Shown: positions 1 to 7,500 of the stretch, in pieces | How positions within the stretch are numbered: position 1 is the stretch's first letter | Layout: each line of letters starts with the position of its first letter | Source: Candidatus Saccharimonadota bacterium | GTDB lineage: Bacteria; Patescibacteriota; Patescibacteriia; 2-12-FULL-60-25 | Length of the DNA stretch: 32,000 nt | Assembly (NCBI GenBank): GCA_016699205.1 | Contig: CP064964.1 | Location: forward strand, 660,001-692,000 | Direction of reading: 5' to 3' | The notes under the pieces: generated by a model | Told to the model about the DNA's origin: nothing | Seen by the model: the letters and a program-made list of their open reading frames with translations, nothing else | The model's database searches: none | Translations under genes and position numbers: made by a program

Positions 1-2519
1 CAGGCCTCGTCAATTCCAATCTCATCCCAGCCGCTGATCTTGCGTTCTCGCTTGGAAACGCTACCAATCGCTGGAATGCGAATCTTGGGAACGTGACGAG
101 TACTTCGGTCACGACCACCAATCTCTTTGCGACCAATGCCTTCGTCGATACCCTCGGCGTCACCACCTTCAGCGCCTCTTCGGGCACGATCACGAACTTC
201 CTGTTTGCCAATGCCACGGGTACCAATCTCTTTGTCACGAACTTCAATGCCGGTACTGGATCGATCAACAATTTCACCAGCAACTCTTCGACGATTACGA
301 ACCTCTTCTCGCCCGCGGCCACGTTCACGTCTTCCTCGATCGTGAACCTCACCGCCACGACCGCGACCATCACGAACTTGGTCCTTGGTTCACCGCTCAA
401 TCTCACCAATATCACCTGGGTGAATGCGACGGGTACCAATACGACTTCAACGAATCTCTTTGCCACCACCTTCGGCTTCACGAATGCCACGGGCGACTCG
501 CTCACCTCGAACATCGCCACCATCAACACCCTCACCTCGGTGAATGGTTCGATTACGACGCTCACTTCCACTTCCGGCACCATCGCCACCTTCAACTTTG
601 AGAATGCCACCGGTTCCTCCCTCTACGCCTCTACGATCCAGGCGACGACGGTGTCTTCGACGGCCGTGTTCGTCAACGGCGTTGCGGTGTGTCTCGCTTC
701 CGGCACCAACTGCCCGACAGGAACCACGCCAAATCTCCAGACCGTCACGAATGCCGGCAATACGACGACGAATGCCATCCAGTTTGCGGGCGGTACTTCC
801 ACGGCCGACTTTGTCTTCAATACCTCGGCCACGGTCAACGGTATCTTCACGGCCAACGGTCAGAGCAATCTCCAGAACGTTCTGTTTACGAATGCGACGG
901 GCATCCTTGTTCGTCTCCTCCTTACGGCCACCAACGGCACCATCGATACCTTGGTCTCGACCAATGGCACGATCACTTCCTTGTCGGCAGTCTCCGTCAC
1001 GACCACGAACCTGCTCGCTGCCTCCACCACGGTCACGGGCACGCTCACGGCAAACAATGCGACGGCGACCACACTGCAAGCCAATATCGCCACCTTCGCT
1101 ACGGCCACTGTTTCAGGCCAGGCTATCTGTCTCTCCAATGGCGTTGGCTGTCCTTCGACTTCGGCTGAAGCCGACACCCTCGCCTCGGTGACGAACCGTG
1201 GAGCCTTTGCGACTTCAAGCGTCACCTTGTTTGGCGGCCTCACGGTTTCTGACCTCACGGCCACGGGTACCACTTCTCTCCAGAACACGACCATCAGCAA
1301 TGGCACAACCACCAACTTCGCGGTCACAGGCCTCGTCAATTCCAATCTCATCCCAGCCGCTGATCTTGCGTTCTCGCTTGGAAACGCTACCAATCGCTGG
1401 AATGCGAATCTTGGGAACGTGACGAGTACTTCGGTCACGACCACCAATCTCTTTGCGACCAATGCCTTCGTCGATACCCTTGGCGTCACCACCTTCAGCG
1501 CCTCTTCCGGCACGATCACGAACTTCCTGTTTGCCAATGCCACGGGTACCAATCTCTTTGTCACGAACTTCAATGCCGGTACTGGATCGATCAACAATTT
1601 CACCAGCAACTCTTCGACGATTACGAACCTCTTCTCGCCCGCGGCCACGTTCACGTCTTCCTCGATCGTGAACCTCACCGCCACGACCGCGACCATCACG
1701 AACTTGGTCCTTGGTTCACCGCTCAATCTCACCAATATCACCTGGGTGAATGCGACGGGTACCAATACGACTTCAACGAATCTCTTTGCCACCACCTTCG
1801 GCTTCACGAATGCCACGGGCGACTCGCTCACCTCGAACATCGCCACCATCAACACCCTCACCTCGGTGAATGGTTCGATTACGACGCTCACTTCCACTTC
1901 CGGCACCATCGCCACCTTCAACTTTGAGAATGCCACCGGTTCCTCCCTCTACGCCAACACGATCCAGGCGACGACGGTGTCTTCGACGGCCGTGTTCGTC
2001 AACGGCGTTGCTGTGTGTCTCGCTTCCGGCACCAACTGTCCGACAGGAACCACGCCAAATCTCCAGACCGTGACGAATGCCGGCAATACGACGACGCGTG
2101 CCATCCAGTTTGCTGGCGGTACTTCCACGGCGGACTTTGTCTTCAATACCTCGGCCACGGTCAACGGTATCTTCACGGCCAACGGTCAGAGCAATCTCCA
2201 GAACGTTCTGTTTACGAATGCGACGGGTCGTCCCTGTTCGTCTCCCTCCTTACGGCCACCAACGGCACCATCGATACCTTGGTCTCGACCAATGGCACGA
2301 TCACTTCCTTGTCGGCAGTCTCCGTCACGACCACGAACCTGCTCGCTGCCTCCACCACGGTCACGGGCACGCTCACGGCAAACAATGCGACGGCGACCAC
2401 ACTGCAAGCCAATATCGCCACCTTCGCTACGGCCACTGTTTCAGGCCAGGCTATCTGTCTCTCCAATGGCGTTGGCTGTCCTTCGACTTCGGCTGAAGCC
2501 GACACCCTCGCCTCGGTGA
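1..2519 (+). CDS. Gene 1 (giant repetitive secreted fibre/adhesin-like protein), ORF fragment 1 of 6; the 5' end lies upstream of the window
   Basis: Frame 0 is open from nt 3. Nt 3-92 translate to GLVNSNLIPAADLAFSLGNATNRWNANLGN, the peptide that precedes VTSTSVTTTNLF in every later repeat unit, so the GTG at 93 in the track is not a real start. After about 2228 the frame-0 translation becomes Pro/Arg/Ser-rich nonsense (GRPCSSPSLRPP...). The family sequence (GSSLFVSLLTATNGTIDTL...) continues in frame 2. Confidence 0.85.
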   Translation, partial: GLVNSNLIPAADLAFSLGNATNRWNANLGNVTSTSVTTTNLFATNAFVDTLGVTTFSASSGTITNFLFANATGTNLFVTNFNAGTGSINNFTSNSSTITNLFSPAATFTSSSIVNLTATTATITNLVLGSPLNLTNITWVNATGTNTTSTNLFATTFGFTNATGDSLTSNIATINTLTSVNGSITTLTSTSGTIATFNFENATGSSLYASTIQATTVSSTAVFVNGVAVCLASGTNCPTGTTPNLQTVTNAGNTTTNAIQFAGGTSTADFVFNTSATVNGIFTANGQSNLQNVLFTNATGILVRLLLTATNGTIDTLVSTNGTITSLSAVSVTTTNLLAASTTVTGTLTANNATATTLQANIATFATATVSGQAICLSNGVGCPSTSAEADTLASVTNRGAFATSSVTLFGGLTVSDLTATGTTSLQNTTISNGTTTNFAVTGLVNSNLIPAADLAFSLGNATNRWNANLGNVTSTSVTTTNLFATNAFVDTLGVTTFSASSGTITNFLFANATGTNLFVTNFNAGTGSINNFTSNSSTITNLFSPAATFTSSSIVNLTATTATITNLVLGSPLNLTNITWVNATGTNTTSTNLFATTFGFTNATGDSLTSNIATINTLTSVNGSITTLTSTSGTIATFNFENATGSSLYANTIQATTVSSTAVFVNGVAVCLASGTNCPTGTTPNLQTVTNAGNTTTRAIQFAGGTSTADFVFNTSATVNGIFTANGQSNLQNVLFTNATGRPCSSPSLRPPTAPSIPWSRPMARSLPCRQSPSRPRTCSLPPPRSRARSRQTMRRRPHCKPISPPSLRPLFQARLSVSPMALAVLRLRLKPTPSPR

Positions 2520-4525
2520 CGAACCGTGGAGCCTTTGCGACTTCAAGCGTCACCTTGTTTGGCGGCCTCACGGTTTCTGACCTCACGGCCACGGGTACCA
2601 CTTCTCTCCAGAACACGACCATCAGCAATGGCACAACCACCAACTTCGCGGTTACGGGTGCCGTCAATTCCAATCTCATCCCAGCCGCTGATCTTGCGTT
2701 CTCGCTTGGAAACGCCACCAATCGCTGGAATGCGAATCTTGGGAACGTGACTTCGACTTCGGTCACGACCACCAATCTCTTTGCGACCAATGCCTTCGTC
2801 GATACCCTTGGCGTCACCACCTTCAGCGCCTCTTCCGGCACGATCACGAACTTCCTGTTTGCCAATGCCACGGGTACCAATCTCTTTGTCACGAACTTCA
2901 ATGCCGGTACTGGATCGATCAACAATTTCACCAGCAACTCTTCGACGATTACGAACCTCTTCTCGCCCGCGGCCACGTTCACGTCTTCCTCGATCGTGAA
3001 CCTCACCGCCACGACCGCGACCATCACGAACTTGGTCCTTGGTTCACCGCTCAATCTCACCAATATCACCTGGGTGAATGCGACGGGTACCAATACGACT
3101 TCAACGAATCTCTTTGCCACCACCTTCGGCTTCACGAATGCCACGGGCGACTCGCTCACCTCGAACATCGCCACCATCAACACCCTCACCTCGGTGAATG
3201 GTTCGATTACGACGCTCACTTCCACTTCCGGCACCATCGCCACCTTCAACTTTGAGAATGCCACCGGTTCCTCCCTCTACGCCAACACGATCCAGGCGAC
3301 GACGGTGTCTTCGACGGCCGTGTTCGTCAACGGCGTTGCTGTGTGTCTCGCTTCCGGCACCAACTGTCCGACAGGAACCACGCCAAATCTCCAGACCGTC
3401 ACGAATGCCGGCAATACGACGACGCGTGCCATCCAGTTTGCTGGCGGTACTTCCACGGCCGACTTTGTCTTCAATACCTCGGCCACGGTCAACGGTATCT
3501 TCACGGCCAACGGTCAGAGCAATCTCCAGAACGTTCTGTTTACGAATGCGACGGGCAATTCCTTGTTCGTCTCCCTCCTTACGGCCACCAACGGCACCAT
3601 CGATACCTTGGTCTCGACCAATGGCACGATCACTTCCTTGTCGGCAGTCTCCGTCACGACCACGAACCTGCTCGCTGCCTCCACCACGGTCACGGGCACG
3701 CTCACGGCAAACAATGCGACGGCGACCACACTGCAAGCCAATATCGCCACCTTCGCTACGGCCACTGTTTCAGGCCAGGCTATCTGTCTCTCCAATGGCG
3801 TTGGCTGTCCTTCGACTTCGGCTGAAGCCGACACCCTCGCCTCGGTGACGAACCGTGGAGCCTTTGCGACTTCAAGCGTCACCTTGTTTGGCGGCCTCAC
3901 GGTTTCTGACCTCACGGCCACGGGTACCACTTCTCTCCAGAACACGACCATCAGCAATGGCACCACGACCAACTTTGCCGTCACAGGCCTCGTCAATTCC
4001 AATCTCATCCCAGCCGCTGATCTTGCGTTCTCGCTTGGAAACGCTACCAATCGCTGGAATGCGAATCTTGGGAACGTGACGAGTACTTCGGTCACGACCA
4101 CCAATCTCTTTGCGACCAATGCCTTCGTCGATACCCTCGGCGTCACCACCTTCAGCGCCTCTTCGGGCACGATCACGAACTTCCTGTTTGCCAATGCCAC
4201 GGGTACCAATCTCTTTGTCACGAACTTCAATGCCGGTACTGGATCGATCAACAATTTCACCAGCAACTCTTCGACGATTACGAACCTCTTCTCGCCCGCG
4301 GCCACGTTCACGTCTTCCTCGATCGTGAACCTCACCGCCACGACCGCGACCATCACGAACTTGGTCCTTGGTTCACCGCTCAATCTCACCAATATCACCT
4401 GGGTGAATGCGACGGGTACCAATACGACTTCAACGAATCTCTTTGCCACCACCTTCGGCTTCACGAATGCCACGGGCGACTCGCTCACCTCGAACATCGC
4501 CACCATCAACACCTCACCTCGGTGA
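2015..4525 (+). CDS. Gene 1, ORF fragment 2 of 6 (meaningful coding about 2228-4513)
   Basis: Frame 2. The first 71 or so aa of the track ORF (MSRFRHQLSDRNH...) are out-of-frame shadow. From SSLFVSLLTATNG onward the translation matches the repeat-unit peptide. The ORF ends ...SNIATINTSPR-stop because one C is missing: the other units read acaccctcacc, whereas 4509-4518 reads acacctcacc. Confidence 0.85.
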   Translation: MSRFRHQLSDRNHAKSPDRDECRQYDDACHPVCWRYFHGGLCLQYLGHGQRYLHGQRSEQSPERSVYECDGSSLFVSLLTATNGTIDTLVSTNGTITSLSAVSVTTTNLLAASTTVTGTLTANNATATTLQANIATFATATVSGQAICLSNGVGCPSTSAEADTLASVTNRGAFATSSVTLFGGLTVSDLTATGTTSLQNTTISNGTTTNFAVTGAVNSNLIPAADLAFSLGNATNRWNANLGNVTSTSVTTTNLFATNAFVDTLGVTTFSASSGTITNFLFANATGTNLFVTNFNAGTGSINNFTSNSSTITNLFSPAATFTSSSIVNLTATTATITNLVLGSPLNLTNITWVNATGTNTTSTNLFATTFGFTNATGDSLTSNIATINTLTSVNGSITTLTSTSGTIATFNFENATGSSLYANTIQATTVSSTAVFVNGVAVCLASGTNCPTGTTPNLQTVTNAGNTTTRAIQFAGGTSTADFVFNTSATVNGIFTANGQSNLQNVLFTNATGNSLFVSLLTATNGTIDTLVSTNGTITSLSAVSVTTTNLLAASTTVTGTLTANNATATTLQANIATFATATVSGQAICLSNGVGCPSTSAEADTLASVTNRGAFATSSVTLFGGLTVSDLTATGTTSLQNTTISNGTTTNFAVTGLVNSNLIPAADLAFSLGNATNRWNANLGNVTSTSVTTTNLFATNAFVDTLGVTTFSASSGTITNFLFANATGTNLFVTNFNAGTGSINNFTSNSSTITNLFSPAATFTSSSIVNLTATTATITNLVLGSPLNLTNITWVNATGTNTTSTNLFATTFGFTNATGDSLTSNIATINTSPR

Positions 4526-7500
4526 ATGGTTCGATTACGACGCTCACTTCCACTTCCGGCACCATCGCCACCTTCAACTTTGAGAATGCCACCGGTTCCT
4601 CCCTCTACGCCAACACGATCCAGGCGACGACGGTGTCTTCGACGGCCGTGTTCGTCAACGGCGTTGCGGTGTGTCTCGCTTCCGGCACCAACTGTCCGAC
4701 AGGAACCACGCCAAATCTCCAGACCGTGACGAATGCCGGCAATACGACGACGCGTGCCATCCAGTTTGCTGGCGGTACTTCCACGGCGGACTTTGTCTTC
4801 AATACCTCGGCCACGGTCAACGGTATCTTCACGGCCAACGGTCAGAGCAATCTCCAGAACGTTTCGTTCTTGAATGCCACTGGTTCGTCCCTCTTCGTCT
4901 CCCTCCTTACGGCCACCAACGGCACCATCGATACCTTGGTCTCGACCAATGGCACGATCACTTCCTTGTCGGCAGTCTCCGTCACGACCACGAACCTGCT
5001 CGCTGCCTCCACCACGGTCACGGGCACGCTCACGGCAAACAATGCGACGGCGACCACACTGCAAGCCAATATCGCCACCTTTGCCACGGCCACTGTCTCA
5101 GGCCAGGCTATCTGTCTCTCCAATGGCGTTGGCTGTCCTTCGACTTCGGCTGAAGCCGACACCCTCGCCTCGGTGACCAACCGTGGAGCCTTTGCGACTT
5201 CAAGCGTCACCCTGTTTGGCGGCCTCACCACTTCCGACCTCACGGCCACGGGTACCACTTCTCTCCAGAACACGACGATCACCAATGGCACCACGACCAA
5301 CTTTGCCGTCACAGGCCTCGTCAATTCCAACCTCATCCCAGCCGCTGATCTTGCGTTCTCGCTTGGAAACGCCACCAATCGCTGGAATGCGAATCTTGGG
5401 AACGTGACTTCGACTTCGGTCACGACCACCAATCTCTTTGCGACCAATGCCTTCGTCGATACCCTCGGCGTTACCACCTTCAGCGCCTCTTCCGGCACGA
5501 TCACGAACTTCCTGTTTGCCAATGCCACGGGTACCAATCTCTTTGTCACGAACTTCAATGCCGGTACTGGATCGATCAACAATTTCACCAGCAACTCTTC
5601 GACGATTACGAACCTCTTCTCGCCCGCGGCCACGTTCACGTCTTCCTCGATCGTGAACCTCACCGCCACGACCGCGACCATCACGAACTTGGTCCTTGGT
5701 TCACCGCTCAATCTCACCAATATCACCTGGGTGAATGCGACGGGTACCAATACGACTTCAACGAATCTCTTTGCCACCACCTTCGGCTTCACGAATGCCA
5801 CGGGCGACTCGCTCACCTCGAACATCGCCACCATCAACACCCTCACCTCGGTGAATGGTTCGATTACGACGCTCACTTCCACTTCCGGCACCATCGCCAC
5901 CTTCAACTTTGAGAATGCCACCGGTTCCTCCCTCTACGCCTCTACGATCCAGGCGACGACGGTGTCTTCGACGGCCGTGTTCGTCAACGGCGTTGCGGTG
6001 TGTCTCGCTTCCGGCACCAACTGTCCGACAGGAACCACGCCAAATCTCCAGACCGTGACGAATGCCGGCAATACGACGACGCGTGCCATCCAGTTTGCTG
6101 GCGGTACTTCCACGGCGGACTTTGTCTTCAATACCTCGGCCACGGTCAACGGTATCTTCACGGCCAACGGTCAGAGCAATCTCCAGAACGTTCTGTTTAC
6201 GAATGCGACGGGCAATTCCTTGTTCGTCTCCCTCCTTACGGCCACCAACGGCACCATCGATACCTTGGTCTCGACCAATGGCACGATTACTTCCTTGTCG
6301 GCAGTCTCCGTCACGACCACCAACCTTTTGGCCGCTTCCACCACGGTCACGGGCACGCTCACGGCAAACAATGCGACGGCGACCACGCTTCAGGCCAACA
6401 TCGCCACCTTCGCTACGGCCACTGTCTCAGGCCAGGCTATCTGTCTCTCCAATGGCGTTGGCTGTCCTTCGACTTCGGCTGAAGCCGACACCCTCGCCTC
6501 GGTGACCAACCGTGGAGCCTTTGCGACTTCAAGCGTCACCCTGTTTGGCGGCCTCACCACTTCCGACCTCACGGCCACGGGTACCACTTCTCTCCAGAAC
6601 ACGACGATCACCAATGGCACCACCACCAACTTCGCCGTCACAGGCCTCGTCAATTCCAACCTCATCCCAGCCGCTGATCTTGCGTTCTCGCTTGGAAACG
6701 CTACCAATCGCTGGAATGCGAATCTTGGGAACGTGACGAGTACTTCGGTCACGACCACCAATCTCTTTGCGACCAATGCCTTCGTCGATACCCTTGGCGT
6801 CACCACCTTCAGCGCCTCTTCCGGCACGATCACGAACTTCCTGTTTGCCAATGCCACGGGTACCAATCTCTTTGTCACGAACTTCAATGCCGGTACTGGA
6901 TCGATCAACAATTTCACCAGCAACTCTTCGACGATTACGAACCTCTTCTCGCCCGCGGCCACGTTCACGTCTTCCTCGATCGTGAACCTCACCGCCACGA
7001 CCGCGACCATCACGAACTTGGTCCTTGGTTCACCGCTCAATCTCACCAATATCACCTGGGTGAATGCGACGGGTACCAATACGACTTCAACGAATCTCTT
7101 TGCCACCACCTTCGGCTTTACCAATGCGACGGGCGACTCGCTCACTTCGAACATCGCCACCATCAACACCCTCACTTCGGTGAATGGTTCGATCACGACG
7201 CTCACTTCCACTTCCGGCACCATCGCCACCTTCAACTTTGAGAATGCCACCGGTTCCTCCCTCTACGCCAACACGATCCAGGCGACGACGGTGTCTTCGA
7301 CGGCCGTGTTCGTCAACGGCGTTGCCGTGTGTCTCGCCTCCGGCACCAACTGTCCGGCTGCTTCCGGCCTCGACACCCTCCAGTCGGTCACCGCACGCGG
7401 CAGCTTCACGACCACCACCGCCCAGTTCTTTGGCGGCTTTGTGGCAGCTTCCTCTTCTGTCACAGGAACCTTTGCTGTTGCCGGAACAAGCACCCTTTTG

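Larger units (their letters stand above)
1..7355 (+). repeat. Tandem array of about 1329-bp (443-codon) units, at least 5.5 copies, continuing upstream of the window
   Basis: The same 72-aa shadow ORF recurs at 127, 1453, 2781, 4110, 5438 and 6767, giving spacings of 1326, 1328, 1329, 1328 and 1329. The coding-frame peptides are near-identical unit to unit. The array ends inside aactgtccg (7347-7355), where ...NCP|TGTTPNLQ is replaced by ...NCP|AASGLDTLQ. Confidence 0.95.

Noticed and set aside
4506-4525. Programmed -1 ribosomal frameshifting, or stop-codon reassignment (UGA as sense), at the ORF junctions (also 12871-12885).
   Set aside because: There is no X-XXY-YYZ slippery heptamer at the shift points. 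Reading TGA as an amino acid does not restore the family sequence: the frame after 12885 gives GASLPDLL..., which is nonsense and soon hits other stops. Sister repeat units show that one base is simply missing.
860-5921. Long minus-strand ORFs (for example 860-1936 at 358 aa, 2212-3264 at 350 aa, 3514-5064 at 516 aa and 4842-5921 at 359 aa; also 14274-14762 and 28230-28865).
   Set aside because: They lie exactly antisense to the repeat-unit coding frame and recur with the repeat period. Their products are low-complexity (V/A/E/K/R-rich) mirror images. The sense gene rarely uses the codons (TTA, CTA, TCA) whose complements are stops, so the antisense frames stay open by composition alone. No independent start or RBS context is visible.
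1-7355. A CRISPR array, or a diversity-generating retroelement (template/variable repeat pairs), as the explanation for the repeats.
   Set aside because: The repeat periods (1329 bp and 120 bp) and the lack of short repeat/unique spacer alternation rule out CRISPR. For a DGR, there is no reverse transcriptase gene in the window. The inter-copy differences I saw are not confined to adenine positions of one copy (for example tct/aac, aat/cgt, gtt/act). The cassette divergence is also far too extensive.
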